From assembly GCA_965285935.1 (NCBI GenBank), contig OZ260663.1, positions 16,244,001-16,308,000 of the forward strand: a stretch of DNA of 64,000 bases, written 5' to 3'. Source of the stretch: Ophelia neglecta. Taxonomy: Eukaryota. The translations under genes and the position numbers were made by a program. Positions 14,111 to 27,344 of this stretch are shown piece after piece; within the stretch, counting starts at the first letter, position 1; every line of letters starts with the position of its first letter. Under the pieces are notes generated by a model that was not told where the DNA came from, ran no database searches, and saw nothing but the letters and a program-made list of their open reading frames with translations.

Positions 14111-16100
14111 CTGTTCTCCTAGCCCACCCAGACTTGAGCTAACACTCACGCCTTTGATCTAAATTTATGACCAATCCGGTTGATATAAAATCAATGTGTA
14201 TATTACGTTTAATTAAATTGATTATTTTACAGTCCAGCCACTATACATTTGGCAATCTATCAACCCTATTCCAATTTCCGAACCCGTGATTGGGATGCGG
14301 CTGGAAAGGCCAAATTGATTAACCTTTGGCACATAGATGAGTCTTTCGGCCAACTATTAGAAAAACTATCATATATCAAAGTATAAGCAAATATATGCGT
14401 TGGTAATGGAACGCTTTGTTTGCGTATAACATTGCTTTACATATACGTGTAGCTTGAAACGCCCTCAGAACATACTAGATAATGACAGTAACAGTTCTGC
14501 ACTGAGCTGAAACTGGTCATTGTAACAGGCAGATACACCAGATTTCCTCAGAATCCGATTATATACATTCGCTTAAAATGAATAATCCGCATTGCTTATG
14601 GCACAATCACTACACAGCTTGTGGTACTTGTATTATTTTGAATACCATCTATGTGGCGGTTGCCACCTTTCATTTCTTGCCCTTAATAGAAGACTAGTAG
14701 AAAGCATATGTATATTTATAGGTTTATTTTATTCAACTATAAAGAAGACGAAAAAGTTGGTAAAAAGCTCTCTTTAGCACTCTGACATAAGCTTTTTATT
14801 TTCCCAACGTAGAAGTAAGATATTATTACTCATACCAGTTATTTAAAATTAGACAAAGACGACGAAAGGGAGCACATGCTTATCAGAGGAATATTAATAA
14901 CGTATCGAATGACGGATGATTTATTGGATATATAACTAAATTCACAGCACGTAAACTAATGTTATTAAATGACATTTAGCTGTTCGAATACAACCAGGTC
15001 ACACAAGTGCGTTTGAAGATATGCATGATTACACGTACATCGTGAGTTAAAAGTTAATAAGAGTACCAAAGAGCAGTAGTCAAACTAGTTCTGGCCACAC
15101 TATCCACAAATGGGGTTCTACAAATATGCGTCAAATTGTATGAAATAATAATTACCTGTATTGCAGGATTGTAAAGGCGTTTCTCTCTAGATAGTTTGTT
15201 CAGTGAGCGCGTGAATTGCTTAGTTAACTAAACAAAACTATGTTTACACTGCAACGAAGTCAAGTGATAAATACACCGGAATATACGAGTTTTTTTTGCT
15301 CGTGTTGTTTGCGCATTGGCATTTATTTTGGTCGTGTGAATCTATAGTTTACACAGCGCAGTCGATTTATTTATATATATATATATGAATGTAAATATAT
15401 GAAGATATATATATATATGAATAAATCTATGTGCCTGATACGATTCACATGAATCGAATACTAGCCTAGTGTGATAATGCATTAAGACACACTTAGGACT
15501 GCGCTTTAAGTGCCCATGAAATATGATACAATATACCTGTCAATCATCTTGGTAAGGTCGGCCAGTAACCACCGGTTTGCTCTTCAAACATTGCACCTGT
15601 TCGCCGAGGCAAGAGGATTTCATCCATATCCATAGTTATTATTGATTATACTCATGGTAAAGTGAGCTTAATTGTATATGTATATACAAATTTAAGGTTA
15701 GTCCGCCTTGCAGATTCGCCTTTGTAGAAAAGCTAAGACGGGCACAAGAATTAATTTAGGAAATTTTAATGAAACCATTTTGATTTTGCATAATATCCAG
15801 ATTAAATGTACAAAGTTTTTAAAACATTTAAGACGCAGATCCGATATAAGAGCATTAAGTGAGCAGCGATATTATAATCAAGTAATGCTGCCCTTTTATC
15901 CCTAAACAAAGAGTATATACAGCCAGTTGATCTTTTCACGGAAGGTAGCATATCAGTAAAGTGGTCTCAGCGCGCCAGTTTTAAGATAAAGCATGATTGG
16001 TTTACGCCATTACCCTTTCTTCCTTTCTGAAAACTTAAAATCAATTTTTATGTTGTTTTCGCAAGTCACATTGCTTCGTATTACCGTAAACGAAATCCAA

Positions 16101-16125
16101 GCTAACAGCACTTTCATTTCTTCAG
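16101..16125 (+). other. Probable 3' splice site opening the coding exon of the ShKT gene (5'UTR intron)
   Basis: Branch-like GCTAAC (16101-16106), pyrimidine tract CTTTCATTTCTT and CAG ending at 16125, 351 nt upstream of the start ATG. Confidence 0.55.
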
Positions 16126-16476
16126 ATGGACGTAGAAGCTAAGTGGTGAGGAAGCAAGAAGAAAACCGGATTATGGTTAAAAACGGCCAGTAGATGGTCG
16201 TTTAGTAGACGGGATTATCGGTGTAAATTACGTTTGGATACCTAGTGAAGTGCATGTGTACAACGTGAATAACAACAACGGGTAGATTTAGTGAATTATA
16301 CATATAAACAATCTGAGAAGGGATTCGTTACGGGTATTCCTGTGATATTATGGACACGATACGGATATGACCAGAAATAAAATTGTATATGATCTTTCAA
16401 GGTTGGATAAGATGACCGTGGATTGTGTGGTATATTTGTAAGAGAAGGTCAGCCGAAGGTTAGGCACGTTTCGGAT

Positions 16477-18489
16477 ATGGGGCGCCTTAAGTTTGTCTTG
16501 GTGTTTATCGCCAAGATGGCAATCCTTAGCCAAGCCTTCTCATGTGATTTCCCCCTATTTATGCAAACGAATGGAACCCAGCGCGATTGGCGCATGCGCA
16601 TCAGAGATCAATACACGGAGTTCAGTTTGCAAATATTTGTGGAGAAAAACCTTATGCGCACAGTGTCGTCTGACGTAAGCAGCACGTCACACACGCGCGT
16701 CTGTCTCCAAGGTTATGGAGAGAACAAGTTCCTAGTCGCACACGAGGAGTCCGGACAACAGCGAAATCGTTACACGTGTGTCCAGTTCTTGCAGCGCACC
16801 AAAAATGTTGTGCAGATAAAAGAGGCGCCAGTCAACCAAAAAATGGATAGATCTTTATGTGGTGATGACGCCCTGCAGCTTAACCATTGGCTGATGATTG
16901 ACAAGACACACATCGTCACCGACGAAGCCATATGCGCGCTACAGGGTGGATTCAGTATCAGAATATTTGACAAAGTGCGTCACAAAGGGATTTGCGATGG
17001 TTATAAAGGAGAAACCCGGATGGAAAGTGAGTGCGTCAAGGGGGACGGCTTATTGTTCTACTTCAGGCACCAAAATTGTGTTCCGGAGGATTTGTACATG
17101 TATAGTACGCAGCGGACCATATGTCTGGCCAATTGGAAAGAAGGCATTCACAACTTCATCCTCCTGCGTCACGACAGGTTTCATTATATGTGGATAGTGC
17201 GTTACCCCTCATCGCTTAGAGAGAGTTTCGTGGCTTATCTTTTTAAGGATCTGGTTGCAGACCCAAGCGACCAGATCGATGGAACCCGTAACTATCTTCG
17301 CCTGGACACTGTTCGCGACACGCCCCGGCCAGTTGGGTCACTTTGTGTGGACGATTACGAAGTGTGCAGCGTCTGGCGGGAGCCCTGCACATCGGGTCCA
17401 ACTATGGCCTTGACCTGTCCCCGTACGTGCGGTGTTTGCAATGCCTCGCGACCTTTGGTTTGCAGATTTGGGGATAAATTCCGTGGAACTTGGTTTGACG
17501 CGGCGCACGTAAACAATCTCGCTCTTACTGTTAATACCAGCACCATGGAAGTACGAGGTGAAGTCACAGAGCGATTTCATTGTATCCGATGGGATCAGAC
17601 TGACAAACCAAGTGTTAAGTTTGCCAAAGATGAGATGCTAGTCACTGAATTTTTTAACGGCTGCCGTCCAAGATATACATGTGTGCGATTTTTACAAAAA
17701 TCTAGTTCTGTAATGTTTATGAAACTGAGCCAGAGTTTGACCTGGCCCTTCACACAGACTGTACAGGAGCCTATCGACTGCTCCAAGTTCAACTTCGACC
17801 ACGAGGAAAACAGTGTGCTCCCAAACCGGTTTAGACACAGATATTTTAAATTATTATACAGTGCGAATTCAAACCACCCGGTGCATTGTGGTCTCCCCGA
17901 GGATTTGAAAAACTACGTGGTGACCTTCCGTGACGGCACTGATTGTCTGAGTACCGTAACAGAGACGTATAATAAACAAGAGATTGTGGTTAACCTCTCC
18001 AACTGTACTACTAACCCTCTGGGATCATCAACATTCACGTGTCTGGAATCCTCCAAACTTCTACCCGCCACTGACATGCTAGTAGTTACACGGACATCCC
18101 GACAGCCTTATCAAATATACTGTTGGGTGTTCCCAAAGAGGCCCAGGACTACTTTCTACATCCTGGCGGGTTCACAGTGCAATGAGGCTGCGCGAAGACG
18201 CATCCGCAAAGATAGACTAGTTCCCTTGGCGTTTTTCAGTAAACACCGGCGGAGCATTATACATGAAGAAGTGACGAAATACTTAACCACAACTCTCCCT
18301 AGCCAGCCTCATATTTCAGATAACGAGGCCGAGGTAGAGGTCACTCGAAATGCTAAAAATAGAACTGTTGTCATGGGCAACTTAACAGAAACTGCGAATG
18401 ATGAAATTAATCCTAGTCCCTTTGTTATCGTTGCAGCAGTAATATTTTTCGCCGTTTTTCAAATTCCTTGCATATGTAAATCTTCGTAA
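16477..18489 (+). CDS. Intronless 670-aa Cys-rich predicted type-I membrane protein with ShKT domain and DUF7042/7043/7044-like modules
   Basis: Longest ORF in the window. First in-frame ATG at 16477 gives signal peptide MGRLKFVLVFIAKMAILSQAFS|C. Modules start CDFPLFMQ..W, CALQGGFSI..CLANWKEG, CRFGDKFRGTW and CGLP. ShKT motif CVDDYEVC-x6-C-x9-CPRTCGVC at 17344-17439. A Ser/Thr/Glu stalk precedes the TM segment PFVIVAAVIFFAVFQIP and tail CICKSS*. The DUF assignment is by motif resemblance only. Confidence 0.9.
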   Translation: MGRLKFVLVFIAKMAILSQAFSCDFPLFMQTNGTQRDWRMRIRDQYTEFSLQIFVEKNLMRTVSSDVSSTSHTRVCLQGYGENKFLVAHEESGQQRNRYTCVQFLQRTKNVVQIKEAPVNQKMDRSLCGDDALQLNHWLMIDKTHIVTDEAICALQGGFSIRIFDKVRHKGICDGYKGETRMESECVKGDGLLFYFRHQNCVPEDLYMYSTQRTICLANWKEGIHNFILLRHDRFHYMWIVRYPSSLRESFVAYLFKDLVADPSDQIDGTRNYLRLDTVRDTPRPVGSLCVDDYEVCSVWREPCTSGPTMALTCPRTCGVCNASRPLVCRFGDKFRGTWFDAAHVNNLALTVNTSTMEVRGEVTERFHCIRWDQTDKPSVKFAKDEMLVTEFFNGCRPRYTCVRFLQKSSSVMFMKLSQSLTWPFTQTVQEPIDCSKFNFDHEENSVLPNRFRHRYFKLLYSANSNHPVHCGLPEDLKNYVVTFRDGTDCLSTVTETYNKQEIVVNLSNCTTNPLGSSTFTCLESSKLLPATDMLVVTRTSRQPYQIYCWVFPKRPRTTFYILAGSQCNEAARRRIRKDRLVPLAFFSKHRRSIIHEEVTKYLTTTLPSQPHISDNEAEVEVTRNAKNRTVVMGNLTETANDEINPSPFVIVAAVIFFAVFQIPCICKSS

Positions 18490-19833
18490 CATTTTTTCCT
18501 TCTCACAAACTGCAACCAATATATCATGTACCCACAATTCAAAACAGAAATAATGACGATCGCTGCCAATGATATTATGGGCAACTCTTAAACCTAGCTT
18601 TGTGCAGAAGGCAAGATAAAGCTTTTGTGATCTCTCAAGGAAAAAGGCGCGTTAACGTACGCTTAATTACTCGAATGACATGTATTGTGAAGTGCTTGGA
18701 TCTTCAGGGGCAAAGTTTTATATAACTGCTGCAATAGTATAATTTTATATATTGTCATACAAATATGTAAGACATAAATATATGCTTACTTGCAAGCAAG
18801 GGCGGCACTACAGTGTAGGAATGCATCAACATATTCATGGGAAGGATTGCTTAGTGCTAACGTTATCACCTATTAAAAATATATTATCACTAAGTTTGTT
18901 TCTATACAGAACATAACTTATTATGGTTTGCCACAATTGAAGACAATGCAATTATAATTGGTTGTTTTCCTTCTTAAACTCAACTATTAGAATATTCCAA
19001 AACGCATTACTACACTTTAGGTGATACCTCCAGTCTGAGTATGTGATCAATGCCTGAGAACTTCTATGCAATATATGGTTCTAAACCTCAATGTTGACTT
19101 TCCAAGTACAAAAGTCTGAGCTTTTCACTTAGTAGATGAACTGTTGGCTTATTCTATCTAGTTTAATAATCGTTCGCTTTCCTATACATTATAACTATAT
19201 TTCTTTTTTGGGAGGATGAGTCCGGCAATATTAATAATACGTTATTAATATGTGATAGTTAATGGACCCGTTCTCAGTCTGATTGCTAGACTATATTGCC
19301 AAATACAAAACCAACTTATTGTATGGTGCTCAAAATGATTTATACACAGTCGTTCAACTCGGACAAACCTGATTCAATCAATAATTGAACCCAAAACGTG
19401 CATATTGATTCACTTTTCCTTTTTTGTACAGTTTAATTATGATATTACCATTCAGCTTATTGTAGTATGTTGATTCGTGTGCGACACTGTTGAAGACAGA
19501 GCGTTGTGTGTTGTGTGTATCTCGGATGTACATTAAACATTTATACCAACAGCGCTTTCTATTTATTTTCTTTGTAGATACATTGCACAAGTATTGAGTC
19601 TGCATTGTCTATGTTGAAAGCACCTTCATATATAATAATTGTAAAATGCTCAGCTGCTGGTACCTATTAAGCAAATATCTCATTTGAGAAATAATTTTAA
19701 GCATAAAAGTCGCTTATCTATATTGTTTAGATAAAAAAAAAGTAACTTACAGTTCCTTATTGTAAATATAAGTGAACTGAAACAACACTGCATGTCATTA
19801 AATAAACAAGAATCCGACTACTAGAAACAATTA

Positions 19834-20016
19834 CAGTGAAACCTGTGAATTAAGGCCACCCAAGGGCCTGGAAAACACTGGTCTGATCTTGGAGGTTGTC
19901 TGTTTAGACAGGTTATTTGTTTAGCCATTGAAAGTATACAGCATGGTCCTCATATTAGTGGTCTGAATTGACAGGTGGTCTGATAATAGAGGTGGTCTTT
20001 AAGGCAGGTTTCACTG
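19834..20016 (+). mobile_element. Family A MITE
   Basis: TA|CAGTGAAACCTG...CAGGTTTCACTG|TA; perfect 12-bp TIR and TA TSD. Confidence 0.88.
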
Positions 20017-22118
20017 TATTAACCTTAAACATTGTTTTTCCCATATCGATGCCGTTCATTAGAAAGGTTCCTTAATTAAGACATGACTGGGTCCTAAATA
20101 TGTTGTATGGGGGTGGATGGCTTTAAAGTCTTTCTAAGACATGACGTCACGTTTAAGGAGGAGTGTGATTTCATATGGAAAGTAGTGATGCGTAGGGATC
20201 TCGCTTACAGGAAAATTTCGCAAAACTGGAAATTTTATGCGTTCATCGCAAGATATCTGATTTTACTGTATGCGAAACAAAATACGGAGAGGAAAAGTGT
20301 AGGCTGTGTAAATAATGATAGAATAAGCTCTCATAATCTATTGACTAAGCATGATATAGTCCCATTAAATCAGGACATTATAAGCATTCAAAGGTTCCCG
20401 TCAAATTGAAGAGAAAATGGCATTAAAATGTGCTCGATAGCGATGTGGGTGGTATTTCTAGACGTGGCCTATAATAAAATCTAAAAATGATACTTTTTAT
20501 TTGCATAATTATGTACCACTCTTCCACCGACTGCTTTATTCATACTAAAGACCATACACTTAAAAGTACTTTACTTTTTATGTCTCAAATAAAGTGGCTT
20601 TCACATACAGAGAACTGACGGCAAACAATAATGTTTATCTGGCTAAAATATGCTTGACACTACACCGTTTTAAATCCAATTTTCCCAAACCACAAGAGGG
20701 GATAGGGGAGGAGGTGGGATTGGGGTAGCCCCGGAAGGAAAATATGATGTTACAACCAATTCCGTTATTCAAAGTCACTAGCAAATATGCCTTTCCACCT
20801 GCACTTCAAATGTGTGGAGTTCTCTGGAGGAAAGTAACATTGTTACCATCAAGGATTGTTCTAGCGATTCGAATAAGCCCTGCGCATTGCGTTTATTACA
20901 CCAGAGGGAATTGTGCCATTATCAGGCTAACTCCAGGGCTGTTTCAGGAAATGCTATTAACTCCATAAACTCTTAATCGGTTTTTAATCAGGACTAAAAA
21001 GCTTGATCGATTTAATTGGCTAATCGGGGTTTCTGGACTTGGTCTTAAACCTACCCGTTTCAGTCTTAAACTTATTCCTATTCAATGAAAACAATGAAAA
21101 AAGTCTCTCAGAAGTATAGTTATTAATTAGGACTGACATTCTAGACCCAATAAGTATTTTCCTATAAATATGAACCATAATTTTCCGCCTATTCCTAATT
21201 TAGTATAAAAACATCAATCAATCAGTAAATAACAACTGAACAGGCTTAGTATGGCTTAGTAATTTAAAAAAAAAATTGACGGCATTCTTTTTTGTCGCGA
21301 CAAATTTAATGCGATTTCAGCTCATCGGAAATAGGTGACTCTAAATCCAAAAACCTAATACCGCTTATAGAAAACGGGCCCGGTAGATTGTCCGTTAAAG
21401 AGGATTGGGTGAGAAAAACGGGTTAAGCAAGTTGCAAAGCTATCGTTCCGCATTTACGCATCTGATCAAATAAATTCGGTTTATATGTTTGGCACAGTCA
21501 CCATATTTACACAACCAAATATTACGTGACATCAAGACAAATACATGTTACTCCACCAGAGTGGTTTGGGTGCTCATCCACTCTGTGAGATATTCGAGAT
21601 AGTTTAGTGTTAGTCTTTTATGTATTGTCATTTTACGCCTATAGCTAATCCTAGTGTCGATGCAATACAACTTGATATTAGGATAACATCGTCAGAAATA
21701 TATATATACTTCGAAATAACAGATCTAGCAAATTTGAGTACATTCAGTGAAATATTTGATCGCATTGATCTATTGCATATACAATGTATTGCAAATATAA
21801 TGTGTTTTGCAATTTGCTAACCTCAACACTCAAGGCATCTTAATTAATACAAGTAAGTGTTATGGATGTTTTAATGAATTACTATTCTCAGTTCAGATCA
21901 CAATAGGCTGATTTATCAGCAGACAGAAAACGAACGCAATACAACAAAGATGTTATTTTGATTCAATCGCACGTATTTATGCGGATATTACTTTACAACA
22001 ATGTCTTTAGCTAAGCCTTAGTTTTAATAAGAAGCCCCGAGCAACACGCCTTTTACAACCCATTGGTTTCCACGTAGTAAAGGTATGATCATCGAAATGT
22101 GCCCACCCACTGACCTAT

Positions 22119-22323
22119 CAGTGGCGGATTCAGAGGGGGGGGGGGGGCTAGGGGGCCCGCCCCTCCCCCTTTTGCCAAAAAGTGGGCCTGGACCAGGGCA
22201 TATTTCTGGATCCACGCAAGGTGCTTTCAGAGGGTTGATAACGGGGACAATGCAGACATTTGCCTTGTCAGCCTTGGAAAAATTTTGCCTCCCTTCCCTC
22301 CTGAAATCCTGGCCCCGCCACTG
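22119..22323 (+). mobile_element. Family B MITE (hAT-like, ~200 bp, 5-bp TSD)
   Basis: CAGTGGCGG...CCGCCACTG termini; flanks CCTAT/CCTAC (4/5); body matches copies at 26424, 38061, 45002 and 60421. Confidence 0.85.
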
Positions 22324-22736
22324 CCTACACTGACAGCAAGCCCCTGTGTACGATTGTTATGGTACAATGGCCACACGCAATCTTTTAAGCCTGAAGGGGT
22401 TGGACGGTGGGATGGACAAATACCATTTCCTTCTGGCACTATTATAAGTGGACATTATACCGTAATTTAGGATGAATGGGTAGCTGTGTGGCAGGTGACG
22501 ATGATGCAGCGATGTGACAACTGCTATCAAAATGTTCAAATATTTCAAAGCGATCTGTTAATTCTCTTTCAACTAGATTCATTGAATATGTCATGCCCTG
22601 CCTGTGTCCGAAGCACTATAGACAATACCCTCTGACCCGTGCCGGTACGAGGACCCGATTATAACACCACTTTGTTAGATGTGTCTCATACCAAGCAATG
22701 GGGATACTTGATTTGAAAAGTCATTTAAATAGTGTT

Positions 22737-22955
22737 TGGCAGGCTTTGCGTTAACAGCGAAAGCAGCTGGGCCTCTTAAAATGAGGCCAGTATGATCACA
22801 ATAATAACCCCACCCTTACCAACTTGTGGCAAGAACAATGCCGGGATGTTTGGGTAAGGGTTGGGTTATAAAATGACGGATATTATAGATTATTGCGCCA
22901 CCAATGCTGCTTTCGTCGCAGCTTTCGCTTTCGCTGTTAACACAAAGCCCAGCCA
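22737..22955. mobile_element. 219-bp foldback element with TG...CA ends, ~28-bp TIR and 6-bp TSD
   Basis: AGTGTT|TGGCAGGCTTTGCGTTAACAGCGAAAGC...GCTTTCGCTGTTAACACAAAGCCCAGCCA|AGTGTT; second internal inverted pair ATAACCCCACCCTTACC / GGTAAGGGTTGGGTTAT. Confidence 0.7.
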
Positions 22956-25900
22956 AGTGTTAATTGGGTAGGCAATCGACGGCTTACGTTCGTGCAAGGG
23001 CAGCCAGGAAAATTGAAACTTTCGGTTGTTTTAAATTGCTTTTGATATTGATAAAGCATACCCAAACAAGGCCGATGTGTTATTATATAGTTTACCCCTG
23101 TACCTCACTGGTGAAAACGTTACCTAGCGTGCCTTGGGCGATAATATAGCTAGTTGATGACAGGTGTTACTGTGGCCATTCATAGATCAAACGGCAAACA
23201 CTTCCTTTAACTTCACCCCTACCAGACACTTACCTAGTCTCCTCCATCCCATTCATCTCATTGTCCTTTCTACCACACTCCAACCAAACATTTTCATCCT
23301 TGTTCCCATTAACTGTTCCAGCTCGTGCATATAAAATTCGGAGCACCGATTGTTCAAATGTCCAAACAATCGATTTTTGCGTTCACCGTGGCTATTTTAT
23401 AGGCGACCCCTTAATTGGAAAGCCCCAGGCCGGCGCCTCTATTATTAACCCTTGGCACATAGATGATTCTGTTGTCACACTAATGCGTGAATCCCTGTTT
23501 TTTGAAAATCGAATACTATTGTGTATGTTTTTGCTAGGATACCAATTGATGAGAATGCCACGTAGTATGGTCTCAAATCATGCCAGTAGCAGCGTTGTAT
23601 TGAAAACTGTCCTGATCACCACAATGGTCAGGACACATTTCAATATACCGTATCAACGGAAGGTCCTAACGTGCATCCACGTGTTTTTAAAAAAAAGAAT
23701 GGCAACAAGTACCTACACAAAAACAATCTTAATGAGAGTAATCGATTGTGTATTTGCTTGTTTTCGAAGCATGGTGGAATATTCATAGGATTCCACAGTT
23801 TCATGTCATGAAAAAAAACGACCCTTGGTTTGTGGCAATTGTATGAGTTGCTTGGTTTTGTTGATTACTGAACTATGATATATATTTCAAGGCAGCTCAT
23901 ATCGGCAGCCAGTTATGGATATTAATTTTCGAGTCATGGAAATAACACCACCATTACCTAGTAGGTTAATAATCGACTCTACCCCTTCGATGTGTCATAA
24001 AATCACAGGAATATCATTTCCATGCCATGGCACCTTTGTTTTCAAAGGGCACACAAGTTTACGACAACCTCAAATTGCCGTTTTGCCTCGTAAAAAAGCA
24101 TCTGAGCCAAATGAAAGAATGGCCGCTCAGCAAACAAACACAGATTGAGGGAAAAATATCCCTTAAATATTAGCAAAAAGAATATTCTCTACAAGCCTTT
24201 TAAATAGAATATTAAATTGAAAGCTTGTATGTGTATCATATAATATAATTTGAAAAGAAAGAACCTCGGCGATTAAAAATAAACACTGTAAAACTATAGA
24301 GCGTCGTTTCTGGTCAGAAACTTTGTCACAATGCGATTATTCAATAATGACAAGATGCAGCAAAACAGCAAAGACAAAAGTGAGCATTATAGTTTTAATC
24401 AAGTAATAAATCAAGCGAGTCTTCCGAATTCGTGTTGTTTTGCGACCCAATCTATTTACACATCGGCTTTCATACTAGACACGTAATTCCCCAGGCCTCT
24501 GAATGCATGCCTCCACGGTTCTTGATATATTTATATAATGATAGCTTATGGGCCTATGAGAATAGATATATATACTCACTTTATATGATAATGGACTAGT
24601 AAACTGGAAAGCACTCTCGCATTTGGCCTCCGGAAAACAGATATATTCATAACTATGAGCAAGTCTTTCCCAACGGTGATTTCGGTAATTATTCACCAGT
24701 TTTCACTTCTATACCGATGGAGCATCTAGTGCTATATTTATGACAGCGATTCAGTTAATTATTATTTATTTGTAGTAATGTTTTAGTAAATGTTATGTGG
24801 ATGTGAAATAAGGGCATTTTCTTCAAATGTATACAATTTTGCGTGATATCCAAATTGTGGAATTTCGCTAAAATATATTTTAACCTACTGAGGCACTTTT
24901 ATATGAAGAAAAAATAACGGAAGTATTTGCTCGCAGCCTGCCCTTTAAGGAGTTTCCAATTTAAATGATATCTAATGTCTTAAACAGAACATTTAGTTAA
25001 TAAACAGTGAAATTTCTTGTGGTGCGACCGTACCACGGTGAAGGTACCGTGGTTATGGAAAGGCAAGTATAAGCAAGTATGGATTACACAGAATACACAT
25101 TGAATAACTTTTCTTTGCGAATAAGTCTTCTATTATTGGTGAATACCTTACCACCCATAGCCCGGGGGGTTAGGGGGGGGGGTTAATACCCCTGGTCATT
25201 GGTTGCCCCACCGAAGGACCAGATATGGGAACTAAAAACAGCAGAGCCTCTAGGGCAAAAACCACCAAAATAAAGCTTAAAATACGGTAACAAGGGCCTG
25301 ATTAATGAAGGAACAAAAAGAGCGATGTATTCAATAAAAAGGGTCCAGAGGGGCGTTTAATCTTCAAGAAGGGGGGGGGGGGGGAGCTTGCCCGAATGCC
25401 AATATAGGGCCTCAGCAAATCTTTACAAACCGGACATGTAAGCTCATGTCGCGACAATCGCCAAAACTGATCTGCTAGCCATACTCTCATATGCAATTAC
25501 TGGCATAACTCGGTTCGGGAAATTTGCCCACGCGCGAAAATATCTTGGTTTTCAGTACCTAGCCCTGACAGGTGTTAATGTCGCCAGTCATAGATCATCA
25601 GTCGGAACTGGTTAACGAGGGGTCGTTTGTATTGAATTTAATAGCAAGTTATTAAACTGTGTTCGCCTGAGGCGTGAGGACGAAATCGTCTCCTGTAAGT
25701 GTGTTTCCAAATTGTATTCAAATGAGCTTGGGCATAACTACAACCTTGATATGCAAACTTCATAAATGATAAGTTTCAATCCTTCAAATAATGGCCCCTC
25801 ACGTCTCAGATAGTTCACCCCGGATCAGGTTTTGTACAAGGACAAAATATAACCCTCGCACGGTGGTACGGGTTCTCGGTTATTGTTCTTGGAGGGTATT

Positions 25901-26423
25901 TACTTGCAGAGAACACCCTGGTAAATAAAACACCATTCTGTGTGTCTTTTACATTTAATATCCCTATCATAGCACGCGGTTTAGTGCATCGATGCGATAA
26001 AAGTCCGCCTGTCTGATTTGTAGGCTTATAATGTCTGTACTACCACATGGCCTGTGAGCATTTGCCGTCCGGCTTCCAAATCCCATAAAAATATGTATCT
26101 GATATAAAGTTACTATAGTATAACATTAAACCCATTCATTACCCTCGCACAGACTATAAAGCATAATAATTGAAAGTCATAAATAGTACCTTGATCTTTT
26201 TATTACATGCCATCATAGTGGGGGTCCTTTTATGCCAATAAATGGTGTTTACTTTGTAAATGTCTCCTTAAATGGGCTGGCTTTAATGTCTAGCCAATAC
26301 CGTCTCTCCGTATAATCTGTGTGATTGGTGCAAGGGTATATTTATTTGCAACAAGTGTGGATGTGGAATCAAAAATGGATTAATGTGTCTGGCATCTGTT
26401 ACTGAACTAACGGTTAACTTGAT

Positions 26424-26622
26424 CAATGGCGGATCCAGGATTTTAGGAAGGGTGGGGGGGGGGGGCAAATTTTCCAAAGTTGACAAGGCCAATGTCTGGA
26501 TTGTCCCCGGTACCAACCCTATGAAACCATCTTGCGTAGGTCCGGAAATAGGCCCTGCACCGGTCTCACTTTTTGGCAAAAGGGGGGGTCCGCTGGGTCC
26601 CCCCCCCCTAAATCCGCTACTG
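26424..26622 (-). mobile_element. Family B MITE
   Basis: TTGAT|CAATGGCGGATCC...AATCCGCTACTG|TTGAT; perfect 5-bp TSD. Confidence 0.85.
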
Positions 26623-27166
26623 TTGATTCACTACAATATCGTAGCAGCAGCAAGTTTTATGGTGAATCCAGAAAGTTCGAATGGCAAAGGGTACGTGGGG
26701 CGGGGTGATAGAAAAAGCAAGACAGTACTTGGACAATCGGTTTTAAAGTGGGGACCGACAGTATCGTACGCAAGGAAAATATTACTTGCACGTAAACAAA
26801 ACCGTTAACATTATTATAACCGATTAAATCCTCTCTATAGTGGGGCGTTGTATGTGTTCCCGCAACCAACTATGATAGGTGATATTTGAATGCACTTGAA
26901 TCTTCGAAATGACCCATCTATGGTCTAAGCTAGAGCTTTCCTACCACGGTCTGTCAGTGATATTCCTGCCCTCGGGCACTGGCCATTAAAGTCGACTTGC
27001 CATTAAGTACCAGCGGTTCTCATTGTCCATAAAAACCCCTTTAATAATTTGGCACACCCCTGTTGGACGTGTGTCCAGATATAAATAATCATTTGGCTCC
27101 CCGCCTGTTAAGTTCCCTAGACTAAAATCCTTAGTGTAGTTAAACCCCGGGGGCGAAATATGAGTA

Positions 27167-27344
27167 CAGTGAAACCTGCATTAAAGACCACCTCTATAAT
27201 CAGACCACCTGTCAATTTAGACCACTAATACGAGGACCGGGATGTATACTTTCAATGTTAAATAACCTGTCTAAACGGACCACCTCTGAAATCCAACCAG
27301 TCTTTTCCAGTCCATTGGGTGGTCTTAATTCACAGGTTTCGCTG
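27167..27344 (-). mobile_element. Family A MITE, apparently nested in an older repeat (~27129-27534)
   Basis: TA|CAGTGAAACCTG...CAGGTTTCGCTG|TA; flanks carry GACCGG..ATTCAC(C/T)AGAATTTC repeats and weak inverted ends. Confidence 0.82.

Noticed and set aside
13398-14162. Pro/Gly-rich ORFs
   Set aside because: Arise from poly-C/poly-G low-complexity DNA.
16423-16476. N-terminal 18 aa of the 688-aa ORF
   Set aside because: Non-ATG start; the signal peptide begins at ATG 16477.
23261-23788. 175-aa ORF
   Set aside because: TTG start, no recognisable motif, no convincing splice sites; treated as a chance ORF, though a decayed gene cannot be excluded.
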